A stretch of 64,000 nt of DNA from Protoeuglena noctilucae. Lineage: Eukaryota. The position numbers were made by a program, and so were the translations under genes. The notes beneath the pieces are model-generated. The model had not been told where the DNA came from. It saw nothing but the letters and a program-made list of their open reading frames with translations, and searched no databases. Numbering within the stretch: position 1 is the first letter of the stretch; each line of letters starts with the position of its first letter. The stretch is from the NCBI GenBank assembly GCA_958009085.1, contig OY253679.1, positions 682,001-746,000 of the forward strand. Reading direction: 5' to 3'. Below, piece by piece: positions 38,605 through 50,889 of this stretch.

Positions 38605-39198
38605 GGTACTGCTCGGAGAGGAGCGCGCGCCTGCGGGGGAGGCCAAAGGAAAATGGGCTTGGTTTTGGCGCGTCCCGTGGATACCAGTAGTTACTTCGCA
38701 CGTCAACGGATCACAATTAATACGCTTAATTTACAGGTGCTAGGCGATCCTCACTTGCGTGGCTGGACGGGCGCGGCGAGGGTCGCGACGGTTAAGCAGG
38801 GCTGCGGGCGGGACAGCCTCGCTAGTTCACAGCGTCCAGAGTCTGCTCTCGAGTGCGTTTTGGCAGTCGATTTATCATACATCTGCAGCAGCACTGAGCT
38901 CGCTCGTGCGGTCACAGCAGAGTTCTGGCTTGTCGACTGCCAGACCCAGCGCTCGCGGACTGACGAGCGTGCGTTGTGTGCGTCACGACGTCCAAAATGT
39001 GATTGAGATGCGAGGCGGACGTTGATACCCGTCATCGCGCGCAGCGGCCGGAGGATTGGTCTGCGTCCGTTCGCCTTCTGCGATCCTGGGCGCCTCTCCG
39101 TCCCTATTCAAAGCCAGCCTCGATTTCCGGACGCACCGTGCAGCGCTCAGAGCACGGGTCGTGGCGACACAGGGTGCCGGGGGGTCCCGGGAGCCCCG

Positions 39199-40790
39199 AT
39201 GGTCGCGGAACTCCCCAGCGCCCGCCTCCGCTGGGCGGTGAACGTCGCCGCGTGGAACCCGAGCGATGAGGAGTTCAGCTTTCTCCAGAGCCTGCTGAAT
39301 GGTGCGCCGGCTCTCTTTGCCACCGGGCGCGTCTGCAGAGCGACACGCCGCAGCTGGGCCCTGGACGTCCGATTTCCGCGCCATCTTCGATATTCCGCGC
39401 TCACATCCTGCATCTGCAAAATGTTTGTTCGTTTGTCGCAGAAGAGGAGCGCGCGGAGGTGTCCCGGATGGCCCGGGCAGACGACCGCAAGCGTTCCATG
39501 GTTAGCCGCCTCCTGCGCCGCGCCATGTGCAGCCGCGCGCTTGGCGTGGCCTGGAGTGAGGTGAAAATTGACAAGACGAAAGGCCGGAAGCCGTTCGCGG
39601 TGGCGCCGGGCGGCCGGAACCCTCCCTGGGCCCCCAACTTCAACTTCAACATCTCTCATGAGGGCGATTGGGTCGTGGGCGTGGCTGAGGGCTTCTGCCT
39701 GTGCGGCGTGGACGTCGCGGCGCCGCCCGAGATGCGACCCAAGGCGGTGAGAGTGTTCACAGCAACAACGGCGACGTATGTGCTTATGGCCGGCGGTGGG
39801 TCTCCCTTGCTCGCTTGGGTGCATACGTGAACCCATACCTACCATATGAGCTTCGACTGCTATCACCATGTTCACAGGAGGGCCCATGGGATACCTTTCG
39901 CGCGAGCATGCGCGACCAGCTGACGGAGGCGGAGTGGGGCTACGTGGAGCGGGGCGACGGGGACCGAGACAAGAGGCTCAGGTTCCAAGTGCTGTGGTGA
40001 GCCCCATGCTACTGCTTATACGGTCACGTGCGTTGGTATCAGTCTTCCGCATCGTCTAGGATCGTCGTCATCCACACAGCCCCATACATCACACCCCTGT
40101 ACTTACAACACCCATTGACACACACTATTGCTACCCCTTACCCACTGTACAGGTCTCTGAAGGAGTCCTTCGTCAAGGCCCGGGGAGACGGCCTGGGCTT
40201 CTGTTTCAAAGACTGCGAGTTCGAATTTGAATGTGGAGTGACATCGGAGGGACCACCAACGTGGCCCCCCCGGTCAGCGAGGGTGCGCGTGAGAACAGAG
40301 GGCGTGATGAGGGAGGCGCCCGACTGGCGTTTTGACGTCTGTCGGATCGGGAAGGATCACGTGATCAGCGTGGCGAGGGGGCCCGTGAGGGACTGCGTGG
40401 ATGCGAGGGGGGTGTTCAAGGTGAGAGGGGCGAGGGGCGTGGGGGGTTCAAAGTGGTGTGTGGGTGTGGGTGGGTGTGTGTGTGTGGGGGGGGGGGGGGG
40501 GGGGGGGGGTGGCTGTCTCTCTGCATTAGTTGGGCTGGCCGTGGGTCACGATGTGTAGACTGTCACCATATGCATGCGCTGACCATGCCACCAGCGCACT
40601 CTGCCGTTCCCCACCCTGCCCCGCCCTCGTGCTCTGCTCTCAGAGCACGTTCTCGCGCCCGGACCTCGCGAGGGAGGAGATCGCCGCGGAGTGCGCGTCG
40701 GCGCCGCCGTTCGCGGTGCTGACGGTGGCCGACTTGCTGCCACACGATGCGGTGGCGGGGTACGAGGCGGCGGGCGGGGACGTGCTGTGA
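39199..40790 (+). CDS. Sfp-type 4'-phosphopantetheinyl transferase (AASDHPPT-like)
   Basis: RWAVNVAAWNP, KTKGRKPF, NFNFNISHEGDWVV, CGVDV, FQVLW|SLKESFVKARGDGLGF. Confidence 0.93.
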
Positions 40791-41227
40791 GGGTGCGCTG
40801 TGTTTTGGTGGGCTGTACTGCGTTGTTCTCGGCTGTGCTGGGTTGTGTTCTGCAGTGATGTGCTGTTTGGTTCGGCTGTGGCGTTTTGGTGCAGCCGCGC
40901 GACATGCGCCGAGTGGTATTTACTGATTGACAGCCAAGATTCGGGGCATTTGCTCGCGCGTAAAGCCTTGCGTGGATGGCATTCCGCTGATTTCCATCAT
41001 CCGATTCCGATTCCGTTGAAAGTGAGACATAAGGAAAAAGTGCGAGACGCTTCCACGCATCTCAACCTTACAAAACGCATGGCGGCGTGGCTGGCTCTCA
41101 AAAGACCATGCCCATCAAAACCCAACTCTTCCGGTACAGGGAACCTTGCAAAACCGAAAGCCAAGGAGCACCATCATCAGTGGCCCTCTCGCAGCCCTTC
41201 ACCCTTCCCACTCCCCATCCACCCCCT

Positions 41228-44200
41228 TCACCTCCCCTGCTCCAAATCCCTCGACAGCCGCGCCCGCATCGCCGCCGGCGTCATCGGCGCCCCCCGCCCC
41301 TCACCCCCACCCCCACGCCCCCCTGCACCCCGCTCTCTCCCGGCCATCGCCTCCGCTTGCAACTCCAGCAAGCCCCGCACCGCCTCCGCCAGCCAGTCCA
41401 CCTTCTCCTCTACCCTGGCCATCCTTGCCGCTGCCTCCACAGCTCCCGCGTTTGAGAACCCACGCAGCCCCGCTACCGCGCCACCAAACGAGCTGAACTC
41501 GCGGGGCCAGTCCTCCTGAATCGCAGCACTCACGCTACCACCGAAACCCACGTCGATGTTCCCGTCCCGCTCCACAGCATGGTCGTCGTGCTGCACGCCG
41601 CTCCCCCCCGCCCCCTCCACCTCCACAGCCACGCCCTCAGCACCTGCTTTCTCCAGCGACGCCCTCGCAGCCTCGGTCGCTGCCCCCGCAGCCTCGGTCG
41701 CTGCCCCCGCATCCAACCCCGCGCCACCCTCCGGCCCAAGCTCGGTCATGCGTCGGGACTCCCCACCGCCCCCCGCATCTGTCCCGGACCCCTCGCCCGC
41801 CTTGGGATTGCCATCCGCACCCGCATTCCCACCCGTACCGCCACCCGCACCCGCACCGCCACCCTTCGCGCCACCCCCCACTGGCGTGCCGACCGGCACG
41901 TCCACCCCAACCTTGCCCTCGGCCCCATGATGCACCAAATGTGGCAACCCCCCGATCAGTGGCTTGTGCAGGCCTCCTAATAGATGGTGGCCCCGCATGG
42001 ACATCTTTCGCAGTCCCTTGATGCCACGCACGGTCGCAGTGATGGGGTTGAGGCTGCTGAGGAGGGCCGAGACGCGGAACGCACGCTCCTCCTCCTCCTC
42101 CTGGGGAGTGGAAGGGGAGAGAAGGGATGAATAATGAATAAAATGATATTATTAATAGTAATACTTGTATAATTACAAGACATTAATTGTAATATCTAGC
42201 ATGCAATACATTGTAAACATATAATAACATATAATATGAATAATATCATCCATAACAATAACAAAACAATTGACCACCAACCACTCTCCCTCCCTCTCCA
42301 CCCCACTACCACCCTCCCACTCGCCTTCATCTGCTTCCTCCTGGCTTCCCTCTCCTTCCCCTTCACGTGACTATTCCACAACATAAGCACCAAATACCCC
42401 ACCACGACAACCAGACTGGGCCACAGGAAGCCCTGCTGGTAGCCCTGCTGGTTGAGGGAGGTCTGCACCCCCGCGGCCGCTGCCACCACGTTGCTGTAGA
42501 CGTACGTGCCCGTGTCGCCGGTCCAGCCGGGGAAGAACGTGCTGTGGGTGGGGGGCAGGGAGAGAGGAACGTGATGTGGGTGGGCTAGGATTGCTAAGAG
42601 GAGGGAGGAATGGATTGAACTGGTCGGTGGCAGGTCGTGCACCCTCACTCTCATGTCACTGCACTGCACCTCACAGACGGCAACGTCACCGCACCCATTT
42701 CCGCACCCCATCCACCCATCACCACACATCCCCCACCCCCCCATCTACTCCATCTACCCCCACCCCCATGTGTCACTCACCCGACCGACTGCTGGTGCGT
42801 GGGCGCATCAACCGCACACACCCCACCCCCCATTTATCCCAATCACAGCCTCACCCGACCGATTGCTGGTAGGTGGGCGCCGCCCTAACCGACCCCTCCA
42901 AATACGCCAGCGTGGCCTCCTGCAGCGTCTCCCTCAGCGCACTGAACCCCGCGTTGGGCAGAGCCGCCGCGAAGTTGCCCGGTCACACCGCGGGGGAGGC
43001 CACTAGGTCAGAGTACGCCCCCGTTTCAAACAGGGCGTAAGCCACGGGGGTGTCCAAGAGGCCGGCGAAGACCTCGCCGGACTTGACTTGCTCCAGGCAT
43101 GTCTGCTGAGAGGTGATGGTGGAGGTGACGCCGGACTGGGGGGGTGGGGTGAGCGGAGGGGAGGGGTGTGGGTGTCCGTGGGGTCAGGGGTGTGGGGTGA
43201 GGGGAGAGTTGCGTGGGGGGGGGGGGGTGAAGTGTACACAGACGCCCCCTCTCCCACTCTCGCAACCATCTTCATCAGTCATATAACACATGAACCTATC
43301 CCCATCATGCTTATTCCCACTCGCCTGCTTGCTGAGCCAGTCCTGGAAGTACCCCGGCCCGGCGCACACAGACCTCCCACTCAGGTCCTTCCCCGTGCTG
43401 GGGATGTTAGACGCCGCTCGGGACTCAAATATAACAGCCGTGAGGACCCCCGTGATGCTGGATGCGATGAGAAGCGACATCATCATCCAGAAAGCGGCCA
43501 CGCAGCGGCCCCAACTGCAATGATAGGGGGGAGGGTATGGGAGGTGAGGGGTGGGGTGGGGTGAGGTGGGGTGTGAGGGGTGAGGTGAGGTGGGGTGGAG
43601 AAGAGGTGGAGAGGGCATGCTAAGTGGGACCAGTGCAGTGCCACCGCAGTAAGACCATCACCTAGTCAAAGATAGCATTTCATCCCACCCCCTCACCCCG
43701 TGATAAGCACTCACTCTCACTCCACCTTCCTCACTCACCCCGTAATCGGCACCCGGTCCCCGTACCCCACGGTCGCCATCGTCACGATCGCCACCCACAT
43801 GCCCTCATCAATGCCGCGCGAGTAACGAGGGTCGAAGTTCTGAGGCTGCGCGCGGTGCTCGGCCAGCCACAGCAGGTTTCCCACGATCACTAATAGCAAG
43901 AAAGCAGCTGCTAGCACGTTGATGACGTCCGGCTGGATGATCTTGGGGGCAGCGGAGGTGAAGAAGGAAGTGCCGGGAACGTGCACGCGGGAGATGATCG
44001 CGATGCCAGAGGCGAAGTAGGAGGTGCAGAAGTCGACGCAGCAGGAGTTGTCGTTGGTGGGGGAGGTGCCGGGGGCTGCGGGGGGGGTGGGGGAGGTGGG
44101 GAGGTGGTGGGGAAGGTGGCGGAGGTGGTGGGGGAGGTGCCGGGGGCTGCGGGGGAGGTGGGGGAGGTGGAGGGATGGGGAGGTGGGGGAGGTGGGTTAA

Positions 44201-44974
44201 CCTGACTGGGAAGCTTGGGTTGGAAGACTCTGTGGCAGACATGCATGCATGCCGGTAGCTGTGACATGAGGACTAACATCATGGCATGCCTACAGGGTGC
44301 ATGCTGAGCAGTGGTCACCTGGCACGGGGCACGAGGCACTGCACGACTCTCGGGCGGACGTCTGGGACACGTTGGCGGCTGCCATGTGGCACTCCTGTTC
44401 CGTGCCAACATACGAGCCGCCGGGTGCGGACTCGCGGACGGCGTAGAGGAGGTCGGGCGTCGAGGAAAAGAACGTCACTGCGGGAAAGCGGTGCAACGCT
44501 GCCGGTCTCGCCACGGCGACGTGCACAGCGGCTTGCTGTACACACCGATTGCCGGGGCGACGGGGATCCCCGTAAGTCCCTTGCTGTTTTCCTCGCCTGT
44601 GTAGGACAGTCCGCCGATCTGCCGGACGACCGCGTCGACGTAATCGACCGCGACGCCCCGCGCATTGGTCACGAACGTGCCCGCGTCCACGGTTCCGCTC
44701 AGCTGCGCCCCCGTGCTGGTCGGCTCGACGAAGCTAGGGGCCAGAGACAGCGTGCAGACCTGCAAGCGGCGCGACGCGGGCTCGGTACCCGGTTCGACTT
44801 GCAGATGCAACCGAGCGGCCTCCTGCAGCTTCCTGGACTCGCCTTCACTGGCTGCTGGACCGCAGCGACCGGAGTCTCGGCCGCAGATGCCGACGCGAGC
44901 AGCTGGAGGGCCACCAACGCCCCGGCTGCGCGCTGGGGCCACGCGCCTCGCGACTTATGAGGGGGTGGCCCCAT
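41228..44974 (-). CDS. GluR0-like ligand-gated ion channel: solute-binding lobes flanking a 2-TM K+ pore, plus a C-terminal TM
   Basis: Signal peptide; S1 (PSFV, GVAVDY, AANVSQTSARE...VDFCTSYFASGIAII); M1 LLWLAEH; pore WVAIVTMATVGYGD; M2 GRCVAAFWMMMS; S2 (DLSGRSVC, VFAGLLDTP); extra TM FLWPSLVVVVGYLVLMLW. 3' end approximate. Confidence 0.85.
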
Positions 44975-45406
44975 CGTCCCAGGACGCGGTTTACGGCGCG
45001 AGCGCCAGACTCTGACGACACTACCACCTTACTCTACGGTCTGAACCGGACAAAGGCCCGCCTTCGCGACCGATGACGCCCTAAACACCTCTCGTTCCGC
45101 CTGGGGCTCAGGCAGAAGCGAGAGTGAGACGCTTGCCACTTTTGCGAAATAAAAATGCGCTCAGGATGTCCACCGCATGCGCCGAGAGCCCCGGGGCTCT
45201 GGCGCGTGAGCCGGTCAGAAACGAATGGTGCAGCTCCTCTCTTAGGGCCGCCTTGCAGCGCAATGCTCAAAACCGATCACCGAGAACGCGCGCAAGTGCA
45301 TTTCGTCTCCATCCAGGCTTCGCACGGCGAGGTCCGATCAGATTCTGCCGTCCCTGCTGCTCCCGCCTTGCGTGGCCCCGCCGGCTCGGTCGAGAAGCGC
45401 GGTGAC

Positions 45407-46688
45407 ATGGTCGTGTGCGCGGCGCCAGCCCGGGCGTTGGTTCGTCCCCCGGCAGCGGGCCCTCGGACGTGGTGGGTGCCCGTGCGCCGGGCATGTTCCG
45501 CACAGGTGGGGCCCGAGCGAGGTCGCGTGGCATGCACACTGCGATGACCATGCTGGCAGCGATGTCGCGACTTCGATGCGAGACGCGAGCGTCGCGAGGA
45601 AGCGCTCTTGTCCCACCCGTCGCAGGCCTCGTCGTCCTCGCGCGACGACATGGCGCCCGATTCGTCCACGGAGGCCATGACGGCTGACGATGCCAGGGAC
45701 ATCCTCGGGCTGCCAGGTGAGGAGGCCTTGTGATTCGCGGGTCGCGATTGCACCTCTGCGCCCTCTGCGCGCTGGCCTCCCGCGCCCGCGAGGCACCGCC
45801 GAGCTTGCGCGCCCGCAGCGCGAGCGACGTTTGAGGAAGTCGTCGCGGCCAAGAACCGCGCCGTGTCCAGCGCGGGCCAGGACACGGGACGTCTGGCCCA
45901 GATTGAGAAGGCCTACGACGCCCTGCTCCTGATGTCCATGCGGGCGCGTCTCGAGGGATCCGTCGATGCCAAGGTCAAGTACGTCGCCCTATCGCCGCAT
46001 CGGCGCGGTCGGCCCCGCTGAGGAATGCCTCCGCAATTTCGATTGATGTCTCGTTAATCGCGTGCCCCTGCTCCCAGGTTTGCGGACGTCCCCAAAGCCA
46101 AGCCGATGCGCAAAGCACAGCCAACGACGCTCCCGGGCGGCGTGGCATTCGCCCCGGTCGACTCGAACGAGGCGCTTCTCCATGCGGCCATCTTCGGCAT
46201 CCTCACGCTCTGGACCCTGGCCCAGGTGAGCCTCACTTATGGCCCATGCTCTCTGTTCACCGAGCAAGCTATGCCGATTAGTGCAGCTCTGCGGATTGCG
46301 AGAACCCAGTTCACCAACAAGCAAGAGCTATGCTGGTTGTCAGTCGTGGGCATGACAGCCCTGCTCACGGTCCGCCCCTCCTCGCCCGCAGGGCTCGCAA
46401 GTGCAGCCGGGCTTCCCAGATGCGGCCCCGGGGCTGCAGGTGGGTCTCGCGGTGGCGTCGGGGGTGTACGTGCAGAGCCAGCGGAAGCGGGGGGACCTGG
46501 GGAAGAGCGCGGCGATGACGCTGTTCGGGCTACTGCTGGGGACTGCCCTGGGATCGGGGCTGCAGGCGGCTCTGCGAGTGGATTTGGTGCCTCTGGGCGC
46601 CCTGGGCTCGCCGTCGTGCCTGGTCGGCGCCACGGGCATCCTGGGCGCCTGGGCGGCCACCTCCTTGCTCAAAGACGTCAAGCGATGA
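45407..46688 (+). CDS. Chaperone-like protein of POR1 (CPP1/CDF1, DUF3353), plastid
   Basis: Transit-like N-terminus, DARDILG...ATFEEVVAAKN...IEKAYDALLLMSMRARLEG...VK|FADV, C-terminal TM helices. Confidence 0.85.
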
Positions 46689-47044
46689 CGGGGATGGTTG
46701 AAGTTGCTCTGTATTATGACGACTCTTTGTGTACAACCACTGTGTACAGCCACCTCACCCCCTCTTTGCTCAAAGACGTCAAGCGATGACGGAGACCGAC
46801 CATTAAAGACGCTGTGTATGACCCGTCATGTATGACACATGACCATGTCCTTGCTCAGGGATGGCAGGCTTGGCTGCCATCCCGCAGTGTGTGCCATTGC
46901 ATCATGTGCTAAATCGCACGCGGTGCGTATGCTGTCGACACCCATAGATGCGATGCTGTCTCATTGCACCTGCTGCATGCGCATGCTGTCGACACCCTTC
47001 AATGCTGGGGGCCGCGCTGGGGGCCGCACAGAGCCGCAGCGTGC

Positions 47045-49275
47045 TCAGAAGCCCGCGGGGAACACCTGAGCGGGGCCGCCCATGCCAAAACCGGGGCCGC
47101 CCGCGCCAGCGCCAAAGCCGGGACCGCCGGGGCCGCCGGGGCCGCCTGCACCGAGGCCAGCGCCCCCCATGCCGAAGCCCGCGCTAAGGCCGCCCATGCC
47201 GTACCCAAGGCCACCGCTGTAGGCCGGGGTGTAGCCGAGCCCCGCGCCCATGCCGGACGACGGGCCGTAGTACCCCTGCCCTGTCATGACGGGGTTGTAG
47301 CCGTAGTAGTTGGTCGACACGGGCGGGGCCTGGTAGTTGCCGTTCTGGTCGCAGGTGTCGATGTAGTCGCCGACGGCGCTGTAGATCTGCTGCAGCTGCG
47401 ACAGGCACAGCTTGTTGCAGCCCAGGCGGCAGTAGATCTTGCCGGCGCGGTCGCTGCGGGGGGGCGAGAGAGCAGAGTCGGAGGTGAGTGGGAGAGCCGT
47501 GCGCATGGGCCAAGCGGGGTTGGGTGAGAGCATGCCGCCCTTGCAGCCATGTGCCAGTGGGAGCAGTAGTGCCACCTTCCGGCCCTCGCCACCACCGTTA
47601 CCCGCTGTGCACTCGCCTGGCGGCTGCTGTCCCATCTACCGCTGCCCCCGCGCCCCTCGCGTGACGTCCCGGCAGCGCTACAACCCTCGCACCCACACAC
47701 AGCCCCACACACAGTCCCACACATAGCCCCACACACCGCCCCACGCGCCCCTCACGTGATCTGCTGGTCCGTCTGCGCCGAGTAGGTGCCCGTGTAGACC
47801 CCGCGGTCCTGGGGGATGCCCCAGACGTAAGTGAGGAGGGCGCAGGTGGGGAAGATGTCGCTGTTGGACAGAGACGTGACGCCCTGGAAGGTGTCGGCGA
47901 CCGGCAGCCCGAAACCGAACTCCGTGCCGATGCCCATGCCGATGCCGGTCGCGCTGATGCCGGTGTTGATGCCGGTGGCAGTGCCGGTCGTGGTGGGGGC
48001 GACGGCGCGGTTGACGCTGGTGGTCGTGGTGGGGGGGACGGCCGCGACGGCCTGGCCGCCAGTAGTCGGGCCCACGACATTGGCCTGGGTGGTGCCGGGC
48101 ACGACGTTGGCCTGGGTGGTCGTGGCGCCGGTAACGGGGCCGGGGACGACGTTGGCCTGGGTAGTGCCGGGCACAACATTGGCCTGCGTGACGCCGGCGC
48201 CCGTGCCCGTGGCGGGGCCGGTCACGTTGGCCAGCGTCGTCTGGGCCAGCTGCCTGCGTGGGAAGCACGATGGGGCACGCGGTCTACAAAATGTGGAGGG
48301 GTGATGTATTTCTGCAAGTGTACACGCAACATGGATGCACATGCACGGGCTCAAGGCGGCTGCAGCTGTGCCGCCTCACCTCTGCGCGTCGGCAATGGCG
48401 TCCTGCAGGCGCCCGGACGTCTCGGAGAGGCGGCGCCTGTTGTTGTCGTTCTTGTTGTAGTTGGTGTTGCTCGTGTTAGTGTTGCTTCCAGTGGTGCACC
48501 GCACGTGGTTGCCGGTCCGGCTCTCAATGGAAGCCACCTGCCCGCTGGTCAGGGCGCCACACAGGTTGCAGTACAGGTACGCGGCATCCGTGCTCGACGA
48601 GCCGCCGTAGCCGCCCTGGGCAGGAGGTGAGCGGCGCGGAGGCGAGTGAGCGAGCGAGCGCGTGCGCTGTGGCGAACGCGCTGTGCCTCGCTGCGCCGCG
48701 CATGCTCCGGGATCGAGAGCGCAGCGCTGTTAACCTTGTTGATGAGGTTGAAGACGGCACACCGCTCAAAGACGGTGTCGCGGGGCAGGTTAGCCGAGGA
48801 GCTGAGGCAGCCCGTGCGCGCATTGTTGGAGACCGCGGTCGTCGAGCCCGTTCCGCCTGCGATCGCGACGCCAGACCTCGTCAGCACAAAGATCTAGTTA
48901 TCAAGAGTGTCTCTAGTCAACAACAAGCACCGCCATGGCCTGGCACGGACGCGGGGCGGGCACGCACCCGTCACGGCCGTGACCCCCGGGGCCGCCACGA
49001 CGCCGGGCGCCACGAGGAGACCCGGGGTGGACACGACTTGAGCGAGCGTCCCTGCGTGGAAAAGCCAGTCGATGGTCGCGATGGACGCGCGAGGGTGCCA
49101 AGCGGGGACCGTGACCGTTGGCAGGTGATGCCGCTCGCTTCGCCCAGCGAGACACTGGATGAACGCGGCGGCCCCCCATCGGACCATCACTAAATCAAAC
49201 AAGACGAGCCGAGGCCTGTCTAGAATCACCTGTGGCCAGGGCGCCGAGAGCGGCGACCGCGAGCGACAGCATCAT
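47045..49275 (-). CDS. Putative secreted/cell-surface protein with Cys motifs, Thr-rich TQANVV repeats and a Gly-rich tail
   Basis: Signal-like MMLSLAVAALGALATG, repeats T(T)QANVV(P/G), Cys-rich segments (IYCRLGCNKLC), tail GGPGGPGFGAGAGGPGFGMGG. Exon model partly uncertain. Confidence 0.6.
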
Positions 49276-49682
49276 CTCTCGTCCCTGGGGCTCGTCGCTG
49301 GCTCCGTCAGGGATTCCGGATCAACGATTTTGGATCGCACGAGAGAGGCAGCGCGGCGGAAATGGCGGCTTGGAATCGCATGCGTGGCCGTCTGACACCC
49401 CGGCCCGACTTGAGGCGCGAGCCCTGCAGCCGACCTGGTCTGTCCATCGCCCCTGTAGGTGGCTGGGGCGTTGCAGCGCCGACTGGGACATGGCCAGCTC
49501 GCTCACAAAGCTCCTCGTCCCGCTGACGACCGGAATCACGCTGGTGGGTCGTGGCCGCAATCCTTCGCCGCCACACACAGTTGTTGGCTCCTAAACGCGC
49601 GCTCCTGCCCCTGCGCGATCGCGGGCGCCTTTGCCGGGCCCCGCGCAAGCCCGGCGAAGGGCAGCGCGTTGCATCGGGGAAA

Positions 49683-50477
49683 ATGTCCCGCACGCAGGTC
49701 GGCTGGGTCGTCGCGAGGAGCGCGCCGGGACTCTTGCGCCCGGTTCTGAAGGCCGTGGTAGTGCACGCCGGCGTTTGCGGCTTCGCGGTGGCCGTGGCGG
49801 CCTGCCCTCCGCTCTCGCAGTCGTCGCAATGGATTATGGGGAAGCGGCGCGATGGCCGCATCCCGCTGCTCTCCCTGGCATTATGGTGGCCGTATCACGT
49901 CGGTCTCCAAATCAAACTGCACGCGCAGCGGCTGCTGCGGCCGGAGAACGTCGCCGACGAGGTGGAGTCGGGGTGGTGGGTCTCGGCGTGGCCCCGCGGC
50001 CCCGCGGACCTCCCCCAGAGCGGGTCGACGGGGGTGGCGGTGCCGGACGTGACGTGTGAGCTTCCGCGCGCGCACTCGGTCGGGCCCTACCTGTGCCTGC
50101 CCACGTGGGACACCAACGCGGTCGCCGTCACCGACATCGAGCGGGGCGTCGACTGGGCTCTGGCGCAGCGAGCCATGGGGCGCGCGGTGGTGGTTCACTG
50201 CGCGCACGGTCACGGCCGGAGCGCGACGGTGATGGCGGCCTGCCTCCTTGCGAGGGGCTTGTGTCTCAACGCGCGTGATGCGGAGAAGTACATGCAGCGG
50301 TCGCGGCCCAGGGTGCGACTCTCGCGGCGGCAGCGGGCCAGCCTGGAGGATTGGGTGGCGTGGCGGCTGAGGGTGAGGCTGGCGGGGTGTGAGGGGTGGG
50401 GGGTGAGGGTGAGGCTGAAAGAAGGGGTTGTGAGTTTGGCGATGGGTAGTGTGGCGGCGGCTAGCAGAGGTGGCTAG
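49683..50477 (+). CDS. Intronless membrane-anchored dual-specificity phosphatase
   Basis: N-terminal hydrophobic segment, GKRRDG, DVTCELPR, LPTWDT, catalytic VHCAHGHGRS. Confidence 0.88.
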   Translation: MSRTQVGWVVARSAPGLLRPVLKAVVVHAGVCGFAVAVAACPPLSQSSQWIMGKRRDGRIPLLSLALWWPYHVGLQIKLHAQRLLRPENVADEVESGWWVSAWPRGPADLPQSGSTGVAVPDVTCELPRAHSVGPYLCLPTWDTNAVAVTDIERGVDWALAQRAMGRAVVVHCAHGHGRSATVMAACLLARGLCLNARDAEKYMQRSRPRVRLSRRQRASLEDWVAWRLRVRLAGCEGWGVRVRLKEGVVSLAMGSVAAASRGG

Positions 50478-50889
50478 TGTCGTCAGCACCGCTGCATCAC
50501 TCAGTCGCAGCCAGCAACACTCGTCAGCATCACAGGCCGACCTCATGGCACCCAATCTCTGACCAGGCCGTACCCACTCCATCCAAGTGACTGATATAGC
50601 TAACCCGTTCCTCTGCTTTCAGAAGCGAGGCACGGTGCTCCAGGAGCGGACGAGCAAGGACCGGGCGTCCGCTGAGGGCTACATGCGAGAGGACGTCCCA
50701 TGAAGATGTCTATTATGCCTTTTTTCAACAGTGGTCGACGTGGCATAGCATCCACAGCATCTATAGCATTTTCACGGAGGCTGAGCATGGGCGGGTCGAG
50801 GTCAGCCGAGGTAGGGTGGCTAAACATCCCTGCTCCCCTCTCGCCCCTTGCCGATAAAACTCAGGAGTTGCCAGTAGAACTGCGGAGCC

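Noticed and set aside
40485..40509. Long poly-G run
   Set aside because: Part of the G-rich 5' half of an intron; homopolymer length is unreliable.
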